From the NCBI GenBank assembly GCA_023475235.1, contig JAMCWG010000006.1, forward strand, positions 33,377 through 97,376: a stretch of DNA of 64,000 bases. The letters are read 5' to 3'. The first letter of the stretch is position 1, and each line of letters starts with the position of its first letter. Positions 32,660 to 41,695 of the stretch are shown in pieces. Made by a program: the position numbers and the translations under genes. The notes beneath the pieces are model-generated. The model did not search any database, was not told the DNA's origin, and worked only from the letters and a program-made list of their open reading frames with translations. This DNA comes from Chloroflexota bacterium. Lineage in GTDB: Bacteria > Chloroflexota > UBA6077 > FW602-bin22 > JAMCWG01.

Positions 32660-33589
32660 GTGGCGGGAGGAAAGACCTTGGACGTGAGACAGAGTACTAC
32701 CACGAATCTGCTGATTGTCCTGCTGATACTGTGCGGCTACATAACGGCCGCCGTTCTGGCGGCGGTTGATTCTGGCGACACGGCGCTGCTGATAGGAGCG
32801 CTGGCCGGGGTTATCGTGGCGGTCTCTTTCGCCTGGCCGTTCACCAGGGCGTGGAGAATAGGTACCCTCGCCGCTATCGTGTACTACATTGGGCTGCAGG
32901 TCTACCGGATGGCCGGCACCGGCAGCATAATGGTGGGTCTGGACAGGGCACGACCGGTGCTCGGCTACGCTCCATCGGCCGTGAACTACGCACTGCCCGT
33001 GGCTGCTGGCGTGCTGTGCCTCGGAGTGGCCGGCCTGTTAGGAAATGGCGTCGCCCGCCGGCTCTTCAAAGCCGAAGCGCAACTGGAGCGTGATGCTACG
33101 GTGATCCGCGAGCTGACCATCCACGACGGCGACACCGGGGCGCTCAAGATGGTCTATGCGGACACGCTGCTCACTGACGAAATTGAGCGGTCGCGCCGTT
33201 ACAAGCACACGCTTTCGCTCGTGTTGCTGGGTCCGGATGACTGGCAGGCGATAGTCCGCGAGCGGGGGGATAATGAAGCAACGGAAGCGCTCAAGCTGGC
33301 CGGGCAGGTGATCAAAGAGAGCCTGCGGAACGTGGACATTGTGTCTTACCGCGAGCAAGCCCGCTTCGCCGTGATCCTGCCCGAGACAGCGGTGGCGGGA
33401 GCGTGCGTCGCCGCCGAGCGGCTGTGTCACTCCCTGGCGTCGAGGACTTCGATACTGTTCCGGGCCGGGGTGGCGGAGTTTCCGAGCGATGCGGTCAGCA
33501 AGGCCGAGCTGATAAACGAGGCCGATGCGGCGCTGAAATTCGCCCGCAGTGCCAGCCTCAACGTGGCCAGCCGCGTCTTGCTGACGTAG
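32660..33589 (+). CDS. 4-TM membrane protein with degenerate GGDEF domain retaining the RxxD I-site
   Basis: GGDEF-fold landmarks are present (DGDTGAL..., RSRRYKHTLSLVLLGPDDW, ...ADAALKFARSAS). The GG(D/E)EF position reads EQARF (33353-33367). RNVD (33326-33337) sits exactly 5 residues upstream, as in canonical I-sites. The start could instead be TTG 32678. Confidence 0.7.
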   Translation: MAGGKTLDVRQSTTTNLLIVLLILCGYITAAVLAAVDSGDTALLIGALAGVIVAVSFAWPFTRAWRIGTLAAIVYYIGLQVYRMAGTGSIMVGLDRARPVLGYAPSAVNYALPVAAGVLCLGVAGLLGNGVARRLFKAEAQLERDATVIRELTIHDGDTGALKMVYADTLLTDEIERSRRYKHTLSLVLLGPDDWQAIVRERGDNEATEALKLAGQVIKESLRNVDIVSYREQARFAVILPETAVAGACVAAERLCHSLASRTSILFRAGVAEFPSDAVSKAELINEADAALKFARSASLNVASRVLLT

Positions 33590-34127
33590 CCCGCGCCGGC
33601 GAGGCCCGATCGTTGCTGTAGCCTCGCATCGCAGTTTCACTAACAGTCGGGGGTTCGTGATTTTGGCCTTTCAGCGGCTCGGACTCATCGACTAGGCCGG
33701 CTGCATTTCCCGGCTGGGGCAACCTCACCCTCGGCCTTCGGCCACCCCTCGCCACGGCCCGCCAAAGGCGGGTCCGCCTCTGGTAGACGAGTCGTGCCCG
33801 AAGGGTATCCTGCGCCGGGCCGTGACGGCCCAGCGCTACGGACCTTCGGCGACCTCTCCGTGCACGGAGAGGGTGACAAAGGGGGTGAGGTATGCCCAAG
33901 CTGGCCGTGTCGCAGTCAACAAAAATTATGAGGAGCCCCCGGTAGTTGGTGGTTCCTCGCATCGCCTCCTGCTTCCCCTTTCTTTAACTGGCCCCTATAA
34001 TGTGTATCGGCGGGGTGCGGATTCGCCCCGCGATGGCCCTTCCGCCTGCGGCAAGCCGGGCGTCCACGGCGATGCGGGCTTGGCGCAGCGCCGAGCAGCA
34101 CGTTCGCAGGATGACAGGAGGCACAGT

Positions 34128-35264
34128 ATGCTGTTCTCCCCGTTCAGGGTAAAGGGGCTGGAGCTAAAGAACCGGTTGGTTATGCCGCCCATCGTGACCA
34201 TTTATTGCGGGCCCAACGGCGAGGTCACCGACCGATTGGTCGCGTACCTGGCGGAGCGGGCCGCGTCCGGCATCGGCCTGGTCATCGCGGAAGCGGCCTT
34301 CGTCGAGATGCGGGGCCGCGGCTTCCCCGGCGAGCTGGGCATCCACGACGATGCGCTGCTGCCCGGACTGAGACGCCTGGTCTCTACCCTCAAGGCCTGC
34401 GGCGCCAGGACGGCCATTCAACTGATGCACGCGGGCCGGCGGACCAGCACCCAGGCTGCCCAGGAGCGGCCGGTCGCGCCCTCCGCCATTCCCACTGTCA
34501 ACGGCGAGAAGCCGCGCGCCCTCCGCGTGGAGGAGATCGAGGCCCTGCCCGAGGCCTACGGCGCGGCGGCACGGCGGGCCGCCGCGGCCGGCTTCGACGC
34601 CGTGGAGGTCCACATGGCCCACGGCTACCTGCTGAACGAGTTCATCTCGCCTATCTCTAACCGGCGCCGGGACCGGTACGGCGGCAGCCTGGAGAACCGG
34701 CTGCGATTGCCGCTGGCCGTTCTGCGCAGGGTGCGCGAGGTGCTGGGACCCGAGTACCCGCTGTTCGTCCGTATCAGCGCCGATGAGTTCGTAGAAGGTG
34801 GTATGCGACTGCCCGACTGGCAGCGCGTCGCTCCCATCCTGGTCGCCAACGGCGCCGATCTCATCGACGTGTCGTCGGGCATACCCGAGTCGACCGTGAT
34901 GGGCAGTGCGGGCCTCCTCTCCGCGCCGCCCCGCACGCAGCCCGGCTACATGCTGCATCTGGCAGAGGGCATCAAGAGGGCCGTCTCGGTGCCGGTCATC
35001 GCCGCCGGCCGCATTCACGACCCGGCGCTGGCCGAGCGGGCCCTGGAGGAAGGGAAGGCCGACCTCATCGGCGTCGCCCGCGGGCTGCTGGCCGATCCCG
35101 CCTGGGCGAAGAAGGCCGCTGAGGGGCGGGCCGGCGAAATCGTGATGTGTACGATGTGCGGCAGGTGCCATCGCGACCTGCGTTCCTACAAGCCCATCAC
35201 CTGCCCCATCAATCCGCGCCTCGGCCTGGAGTACCAGGCGCCCGCCGAGCCGGCAAAGGCATGA
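34128..35264 (+). CDS. NADH:flavin oxidoreductase (Old Yellow Enzyme family)
   Basis: AGGAGG lies 7 nt upstream of ATG 34128. MLFSPFRVKGLELKNRLVMPP, HMAHGYLLNEF and RRRDRYGGSLENR are OYE signatures. Confidence 0.85.
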   Translation: MLFSPFRVKGLELKNRLVMPPIVTIYCGPNGEVTDRLVAYLAERAASGIGLVIAEAAFVEMRGRGFPGELGIHDDALLPGLRRLVSTLKACGARTAIQLMHAGRRTSTQAAQERPVAPSAIPTVNGEKPRALRVEEIEALPEAYGAAARRAAAAGFDAVEVHMAHGYLLNEFISPISNRRRDRYGGSLENRLRLPLAVLRRVREVLGPEYPLFVRISADEFVEGGMRLPDWQRVAPILVANGADLIDVSSGIPESTVMGSAGLLSAPPRTQPGYMLHLAEGIKRAVSVPVIAAGRIHDPALAERALEEGKADLIGVARGLLADPAWAKKAAEGRAGEIVMCTMCGRCHRDLRSYKPITCPINPRLGLEYQAPAEPAKA

Positions 35265-35374
35265 CATGAAAGGGTAGGCCCCGCCCAGCCAGCGCGTGGC
35301 CGGGCCCACACATGGCCGAATGCCCGGCATCGTCGCACGATGGACTGGCCGGGTACTGACGAGGAGGTAGACAG

Positions 35375-37312
35375 GTGAGCCAGCCGTCACTGTCGGTGCT
35401 TTACTATGGGGTAGACGAGCCGTTGCCGGAGCAGAGGGTGCTCCGGGCCGGGCCGCTGAGGGCCGTGTACGAAGCCGGCAAGCTGCGCAACATCCGGTTG
35501 GGGGGAAGCGAGATCCTCCGCCAGATCTATGTCGGGGTCCGCGATCCCAACTGGGACACCCCGCAGCCGGTGCTGAGCAACCTTGCCGTCGACGAAGGGG
35601 CGGCCTCGTTCCGCATCACCTTCGACGCCGAGCACAAAGAAGGGGACATCGATTTCTTCTGGAGGGGCACCCTCACCGGCGACGAGGACGGGACGATTAC
35701 GTTCACGATGGACGGCGAGGCCCGCTCGACCTTCATGCGAAATCGCATCGGCCTCTGCATCCTTCACCCCATCAAGGAGTGCGCCGGCCTGCCCTTCACG
35801 GCGGAGAAAGTCGACGGGTCCCTCGAGCACGGGACTTTCCCCAGGTACATTGCCCCGCACCAGCCGGTGCAGGACATGCGGGCCATATCATACGAAGTGC
35901 TGCCGGGGGTGCTGGCAGAGGTGCGGTTCGAGGGCGATGTCTTCGAGATGGAGGACCAGCGGAACTGGAGCGACGCCTCGTTCAAGACCTACTCCACACC
36001 GCTGCGGCTCCCCATCCCGATGGAAGTCAGGCCGGGCACCAGGATCAGGCAGTCGGTCGCCGTCGGCAGCAGAGGCGAGCTTCCGGAGCTATCGACGGAG
36101 CCATCACCCATCATCCTGAGCGTCGGCCCGGGGCTGGTGGCGAAGGTCCCGCGCCTGGGACTTAGCGTGGCCGATCAGGGCGAGCCGCTCACCGAGCGGG
36201 AGGCGGCCCGCCTCAGGGCGCTCAACCTCTCGCACCTGCGCGTCGACCTCAGGCTTTCCGCTCCTGACTACCCACGGCGGCTCCGGCAGGCTGCGGATCA
36301 AGCGAGGGCCCTGGACCTGCCCCTGGAGGTCGCCCTGTTCCTGTCCGACGCCGCCGACGCTGAGCTAATGGCCCTGGCCGGCCGGCTCGTAGAGATGAGG
36401 CCGGCTGTATGCACGTGGCTGGTCTTCCATACTAAGGAGGCCTCGACCGGTGCTGCATGGGTGGACCTGGCCCGGCGACATCTGGCGGGCTACGACCCGG
36501 CGGCGAAGATCGGCGCCGGTGCCAGCGGGGATTTCGTCGGGCTGAACCGCGGCCGGCCGCAGCAGGCGGCGGACCTCATTTGCTATTCCGTCAATCCCCA
36601 GGTGCACACCTTCGATAATATGTCGATGGTAGAGAATCTGCAGGGGCAGGGGTGGCAGATTGCGACGGCACAGCAGATCGCGCCCGGCGTGCCCGTCGCC
36701 GTCACGCCGGTAACGCTGAAGCCACGCTCCGGTCCCGGCGCCGACGGGCCCGCATCCTCCGGCGAATTGCCCTCATCGGTCGACCCGCGGCAGATGTCGC
36801 TGTTCGGAGCGGCCTGGACGGCGGGAAGTCTGAAGTACATCGCGGAGCGGGGCGCCTACAGCGCCACATACTACGAGACCATCGGCTGGCGCGGCGTGAT
36901 GGAGACCGAGGCCGGCTCGCCCCTGCCGGAGCGATTCCCATCGCTGCCGGGCGTGGCCTTCCCGCTCTACCACGTGCTCGCCGACGTCGGCGAATTTGCC
37001 GGGGGCGACGTCGTGCCTCTCGTCAGCAGCAGCCCGCTGCGGGTCAACGGTCTGGCCCTGCGCAAGGATGGCCGCATGCGTATGATCGTGGCGAACATGG
37101 GACCCGGCCGGCAGGAGATCGGCGTCCGGGGCCTCGACGAGAACGTGCGGGTGAAGCTGCTGGACGAGGTCACTGCTATGCAGGCGATGACCTCGCCGGA
37201 GGAGTTTCGAGCGGCCGAAGGGGCGCGGCTGCCGACCGTTGACGGGTTGCTGGAGATCGAGATGCTGCCGTACGCCATGCTGCGGATCGATTGTGCCGAA
37301 CCCCTGCGGTGA
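35375..37312 (+). CDS. conserved hypothetical protein (645 aa; possible glycan-active enzyme, unassigned)
   Basis: Long ORF with consistent codon bias. No motif I can name. Its stop TGA (37310-37312) overlaps the ATG at 37312 of the next gene. Confidence 0.5.
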   Translation: MSQPSLSVLYYGVDEPLPEQRVLRAGPLRAVYEAGKLRNIRLGGSEILRQIYVGVRDPNWDTPQPVLSNLAVDEGAASFRITFDAEHKEGDIDFFWRGTLTGDEDGTITFTMDGEARSTFMRNRIGLCILHPIKECAGLPFTAEKVDGSLEHGTFPRYIAPHQPVQDMRAISYEVLPGVLAEVRFEGDVFEMEDQRNWSDASFKTYSTPLRLPIPMEVRPGTRIRQSVAVGSRGELPELSTEPSPIILSVGPGLVAKVPRLGLSVADQGEPLTEREAARLRALNLSHLRVDLRLSAPDYPRRLRQAADQARALDLPLEVALFLSDAADAELMALAGRLVEMRPAVCTWLVFHTKEASTGAAWVDLARRHLAGYDPAAKIGAGASGDFVGLNRGRPQQAADLICYSVNPQVHTFDNMSMVENLQGQGWQIATAQQIAPGVPVAVTPVTLKPRSGPGADGPASSGELPSSVDPRQMSLFGAAWTAGSLKYIAERGAYSATYYETIGWRGVMETEAGSPLPERFPSLPGVAFPLYHVLADVGEFAGGDVVPLVSSSPLRVNGLALRKDGRMRMIVANMGPGRQEIGVRGLDENVRVKLLDEVTAMQAMTSPEEFRAAEGARLPTVDGLLEIEMLPYAMLRIDCAEPLR

Positions 37313-38910
37313 TGGCGATGTGTGCCGGCAACGTGCCCGATACTCGTGAGACGGCGAAGCCTGCCGGTGGCCGGCGCGTTGCCCTGCTACCGATTTCAGC
37401 CGGGCGGGGAGCGCCCCTGGCCATCCTGGTCTTCATCCTGTCGCTGGCACTCTACACCCTGACGCTGCCGCCGGGGCTGTTGTGGGGCGGCGGCGACTTC
37501 GCCACTTTCCAGACGCGCATCTATCTTGGCGACTTCGCCAGCGACCTGGGCATCTTCGGCCATCCGCTCTGGGTCATCGTGGCCCACCCCTTTAGCTGGC
37601 TGCCCATCCGCGATGTGGCGTGGCGCGCCAATTTCGCGACCGCCGTGTTCGCCGCCGCGGCCCTGACTCTTGTGTTCCTGTCCGCCCGCATCCTCACCCG
37701 CTCCAATGTCGCCTCGCTGCTGGCGGCCGGCGCGCTGGCGGTATCCCACACCTTCTGGACCTACGCCGTGATGCCCAAGGTGTACTCCCTCGACGCCCTG
37801 CTTCTGGCGGCGTGCATTTATCTGCTACTGCGCTGGCGGGATGGAGCGGGGGAGCGATACCTGTACCCTTTCGCCTTCCTGTATGGCCTCAGCTTCCTCA
37901 ACCATCTGATAATGGTGACGGCTGCCGCCGGCTTCGCCGCCCTCGTCGTCAGCGCCCTCTGGTCGCGGCCCGAGCTGCGGAACGGCTGGCGTCCCATCCC
38001 ATTGGCAGGCGTTGCCTTCGGCCTGGGGATCGCACCGTACCTGTACCTGGCATCGTGGGCAGGCACCGACGCGTCCACTGCCGGCACCGCGGCGAGCTTT
38101 CTGGGGGGCCTGCTGTACGTCTTCTCCCATCCTCGGGCGCTGCTTGTAGGGCTGGGTTGGGGCGCGCTGCTAGGCGCTTACCAGTACCCGATAACGGTGC
38201 TCATCGGCCTGCTGGGCATTTACTACATGTGGCAGAGGGACCGGGGCGCGGCCGCGCTTGTCGGCCTGGGGGTGCTCGGCACCCTGCTCTTTATGTTTGC
38301 CGCCCTCGACCCCCGGGCGGGCAGCGTGTACGTGTGGAACCTGCACTACTACCTCCAGGCCTACGTCGTGTTCGCCCTGGCGCTGGCAGCCGGCTTCGCG
38401 GGCCTCTGGAGCGGACCCCTTGCTGCCGGTGGCAAGCGACGGTTGGGCCTCGTCGCCCTGTCGCTGGTCTTTCCTGTGCTGCTTTACGCGGCCGCACCTA
38501 CCGTGGCCCAGGCCTTCTGGCGGGATGTGCCCGACTTCCGTCCCCTGCCCGGGCGCGACAACCTGACCTACGTCCTGTCGCCGTGGAAGCAGGGGGACAC
38601 CGGCGCCCGGGAGCTGGGCGAGAATATGCTGGGGGCGCTGCCCCCTGGCAGCACCCTCCTCGCCGACTATAGCCTGTGGGCGGTCGTCCGCTACCTGCAG
38701 GTGGTGGAGAAGGCCAGGCCGGACGTGCGGCTGGTGCGGCTGCCGGACAAGGAGCAGCAGATGCCGGTCGTGCTGCAGTACCGGCAGGCGGCCGACCTGT
38801 ACCTGAGCGACGTATACCGCTACTACGATGTCGAGGGCATCCAGCAATACTTCGAGATCGTCCCTGCGGGGCCTGTGTACCGCCTGGTCGCCAGGCGGGA
38901 CGCGCCGTAG
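37312..38910 (+). CDS. DUF2723-type (TMEM260/PMT-like) GT-C membrane protein
   Basis: Polytopic, with the N-terminal loop LPPGLLWGGGDFATFQ, many TM helices and a soluble C-terminal domain ending ...YFEIVPAGPVYRLV. Confidence 0.65.
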   Translation: MAMCAGNVPDTRETAKPAGGRRVALLPISAGRGAPLAILVFILSLALYTLTLPPGLLWGGGDFATFQTRIYLGDFASDLGIFGHPLWVIVAHPFSWLPIRDVAWRANFATAVFAAAALTLVFLSARILTRSNVASLLAAGALAVSHTFWTYAVMPKVYSLDALLLAACIYLLLRWRDGAGERYLYPFAFLYGLSFLNHLIMVTAAAGFAALVVSALWSRPELRNGWRPIPLAGVAFGLGIAPYLYLASWAGTDASTAGTAASFLGGLLYVFSHPRALLVGLGWGALLGAYQYPITVLIGLLGIYYMWQRDRGAAALVGLGVLGTLLFMFAALDPRAGSVYVWNLHYYLQAYVVFALALAAGFAGLWSGPLAAGGKRRLGLVALSLVFPVLLYAAAPTVAQAFWRDVPDFRPLPGRDNLTYVLSPWKQGDTGARELGENMLGALPPGSTLLADYSLWAVVRYLQVVEKARPDVRLVRLPDKEQQMPVVLQYRQAADLYLSDVYRYYDVEGIQQYFEIVPAGPVYRLVARRDAP

Positions 38911-39109
38911 CGCCGTGTCCGACTGCTGGATGTCCGCCGTCGATGGCTGCGGCGACGCGCGTGGCCCCGGCCACCGGTGCTGCGCTGACCGCTTGCGAAT
39001 GGCACTGTGACTTCTTTCTTCACTAATCGATTCTTGATTGATTTTACGATTTAGAAGTGATAGTCTTGCAGCCACAGCGTTACCCAATTAGAGAACGGAG
39101 GTTAAGCTC

Positions 39110-40780
39110 GTGAAAGTCAAAGCAGCAAACGGACTGGCACGGATCCTCAAGGCGGAGGGCGTCCCCTGGGTATCGACCTTCCCCACCTGCGGTGTGAACA
39201 ATTCCCTGGGCGAAGAAAAAGTTCCCATCGTGATGATGCGGGAGGAGCGATTTGCCGCCGCTATTGCCGATGGCTTCTCCCGGGTAACCGGTGGAAAGAA
39301 CATAGGCGTGTTCACCGTTATGGGCGGGGTAAACGCCGCCGGCCTCCAGATGGCCTACGGCGCTATCGCTCAGGCCTTCGAAGATTCGTCGCCACTGCTG
39401 TGCCTCACCGATGGCATACCAGTGGGCGGCAGCGGCAACACCCACTACGACATCAACCTGGGCCTGCACGCGGTCACCAAGTGGATCGGCAACATCGACC
39501 AGGCGCATCGCGTGCCCGAGATTATGCGCCGGGCCTTCACCAACCTGCGGACGGGCCGGCCGGGCCCGGTCCTGGTCACCGTACCCCGCGGCCTGGGCGA
39601 GTACGACGAGGACGAGTTCCCCTACACGCCGGTGAAGGGCTGGAAATCCGGTCCCGACCCGGACGATGTGAAGGCGGCGGTCAAGGCACTGCTGGCGGCG
39701 AAGAACCCCCTGCTGTACGTTGGTGAAGGCGTCTTCTATGCCGATGCCACGGCGGAGCTGCTGAAGTTCGCCGAGATGGCCCAGGTGCCCGTCCTGACCA
39801 CCCTGAAGGCGAAGAGCGCCTTCCCGGAGAACAACCCGCTGTCAGTGGGCGTGCGCGGCGAGCTGGCGGCCAACTACCTGCGCAAGTGCGACCTGCTCTT
39901 CGCCATCGGCTCCAGCCTCTCCCCCGGCCGGTTCAGCCACGCCATCCCGGACGCCAAGGACAAGACAATCGTCCAGTGCACCGTGGACACGCTGGACATC
40001 AACAAGAGTTACGAGACGGACTACGCCGTCATCGGCGATGCGAAGCTGACGCTGCAGGCCCTTATCAGCGAGCTGGCCTCGCAGACGGGCGGCGGCGTCA
40101 AGAAGAACCAGGCGCTGTTGGACGAGATCAAGGCGGTGAGAGAGCAGTTCATGGCCAAGTACCGGCCGCTGTTGGAATCCAACGACAAGCCGATCAACCC
40201 ATACCGGGTCTACGGCGACCTGATGAAGACCATCGATCTGAACAACTCATTCGTCAGCCCCGACTCCGGCAACACCAGAGACCAGACCAGCACCATCTAC
40301 GAAGCGGTGATCCCGCACGGCTTCCTGGGCTGGGGCAATGTGTCCACCCTGGGCTTCGGCCTGGCGGCGGCGGCAGCGGCCAAGCTAGCCTATCCGGAGC
40401 GGCAGTGCGTCAACGTCAGCGGTGACGCCGGCGTGGGCTATATGCTGGGCAACTTCGAGTCGCTGGTGCGGAACAAGATCGGCATCACTACCATCCACAT
40501 CAACAACGGCGGCTTCGCCGGCTACGGGCCGGGCTTCTGGGGTGGCGGTCACGATCCGTACACCTGCGTGGTGTCGGACTACACCGTTGCCAAGATGGCG
40601 CAGGCCGTCGGCAACCTGGGCGAATACGCCGAGCGGATCGAAGAGCCGTCCGACATCATTCCGGCGCTGAAGCGGGCCTTCACCGAGAACGAGGCTGGCC
40701 GGCCGGCGTACCTGGAGTTCATCTGCTCCCAGTACCCGGTCCACGGCGGCTGGGTGACGGCTGGAGCGGTACCGCACTAA
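39110..40780 (+). CDS. thiamine-pyrophosphate-dependent enzyme (acetolactate synthase / sulfoacetaldehyde acetyltransferase-like)
   Basis: 556 aa with a GTG start after GGAGG. The TPP-binding motif is GDAGVGYMLGNFESLVRNKIGITTIHINNGG (GDG-X24-27-NN). Confidence 0.8.
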   Translation: MKVKAANGLARILKAEGVPWVSTFPTCGVNNSLGEEKVPIVMMREERFAAAIADGFSRVTGGKNIGVFTVMGGVNAAGLQMAYGAIAQAFEDSSPLLCLTDGIPVGGSGNTHYDINLGLHAVTKWIGNIDQAHRVPEIMRRAFTNLRTGRPGPVLVTVPRGLGEYDEDEFPYTPVKGWKSGPDPDDVKAAVKALLAAKNPLLYVGEGVFYADATAELLKFAEMAQVPVLTTLKAKSAFPENNPLSVGVRGELAANYLRKCDLLFAIGSSLSPGRFSHAIPDAKDKTIVQCTVDTLDINKSYETDYAVIGDAKLTLQALISELASQTGGGVKKNQALLDEIKAVREQFMAKYRPLLESNDKPINPYRVYGDLMKTIDLNNSFVSPDSGNTRDQTSTIYEAVIPHGFLGWGNVSTLGFGLAAAAAAKLAYPERQCVNVSGDAGVGYMLGNFESLVRNKIGITTIHINNGGFAGYGPGFWGGGHDPYTCVVSDYTVAKMAQAVGNLGEYAERIEEPSDIIPALKRAFTENEAGRPAYLEFICSQYPVHGGWVTAGAVPH

Positions 40781-40907
40781 GCGCCAGCCGCGCCCTAGTT
40801 ATCAGAACGAGATACCAAGCACCGCCGCAGGGGATATCCCCGGCGGCGGTCCCACGTGTTGCTCCGTGCCGCGCAATGGATGTTTCATTGAAAGTAAGGA
40901 CAAACTA

Positions 40908-40935
40908 TTGACAAATGCAGCGGGGGGGGTAGTAT
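40908..40935 (+). promoter_or_regulatory. candidate promoter of the 41.0-44.6 kb operon
   Basis: TTGACA (40908-40913), a 16-nt spacer, then TAGTAT (40930-35). Confidence 0.35.
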
Positions 40936-41004
40936 TATCCGACACAAGCCCAGATAGTGCCCAGACAGCCGGCCCGCCGCCGACCATCACAGGAGCAATG
41001 CGTT

Positions 41005-41238
41005 ATGGCAGAAGGTGCACACCCGGAACAATCGGGATCGGCTAGCACTGACCAGGCCCCACCTCCCGGCCCTCCGATGGGACCGGCCATCCCGCCCCTC
41101 AACGTCAGCGGCCTGGTGGTTACCAAGAGTGACCTGATTACGGCCCTCCGCATTTATGTCCCGCAACTGACCGACCTTGCGCCCTTGAGTGAAGATACTT
41201 TCCTGCTAAGCTTGAGGCCAATTGCCGAAAGGCAGTAG
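41005..41238 (+). CDS. small Pro-rich hypothetical protein
   Basis: AGGAG lies 9 nt upstream of ATG 41005. 77 aa with no recognisable family. Confidence 0.3.
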   Translation: MAEGAHPEQSGSASTDQAPPPGPPMGPAIPPLNVSGLVVTKSDLITALRIYVPQLTDLAPLSEDTFLLSLRPIAERQ

Positions 41239-41264
41239 ATGATCTGCTGGTGAGGAGGTAGGTT

Positions 41265-41690
41265 GTGACCGACTGTAACTGCGACCACTTCACGACAAAT
41301 GTTGTCTTTGACGGCAGCGTAGCCATCGGAACACTGAGCCCGGGCTTCAGGCTCCACGTGGAACATCCGGACGGTGTCGCTTCGGGCGAGCATATTATTG
41401 CCGTATTCCGTCGAGATTCGTCAGGTGGAGGGGTGGTGGCAACCTACCAGGCCGACGGGACCTCGGTCACCGCCAGCAGGGTACGCAGCAGCGGGCCAAC
41501 CGACCTGCGTATCGGCACAGCGACTCGCCTGGACGTGATAGCAATCCTCAACTCCAATGGCAACGTTGGGGTTGGTAAAATGGATCCATCTGAAAAGCTG
41601 GATGTAAGCGGCAACATCAAAGCAAGCGGCAGCATCTTTATGGGCACTCGCAAGGTAGCCGATACTGCCGGCTGCTACTACGCTGACTAG
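41265..41690 (+). CDS. hypothetical protein with tail-fibre-like IGT..P...L.V motifs
   Basis: GAGGAGG lies upstream of GTG 41265. VAIGTLSPGFRLHV and VGVGKMDPSEKLDVSGNIKASG resemble the repeated motif of phage tail-fibre / endosialidase-chaperone-type proteins. Confidence 0.5.
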   Translation: MTDCNCDHFTTNVVFDGSVAIGTLSPGFRLHVEHPDGVASGEHIIAVFRRDSSGGGVVATYQADGTSVTASRVRSSGPTDLRIGTATRLDVIAILNSNGNVGVGKMDPSEKLDVSGNIKASGSIFMGTRKVADTAGCYYAD

Positions 41691-41695
41691 CAACT

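Noticed and set aside
33822-34127. N-terminal 102-codon extension of the OYE gene
   Set aside because: The OYE family starts at MLFSPFRVKGLELKNR, and AGGAGG precedes ATG 34128. The extension crosses a region with a TATAAT box and hairpins.
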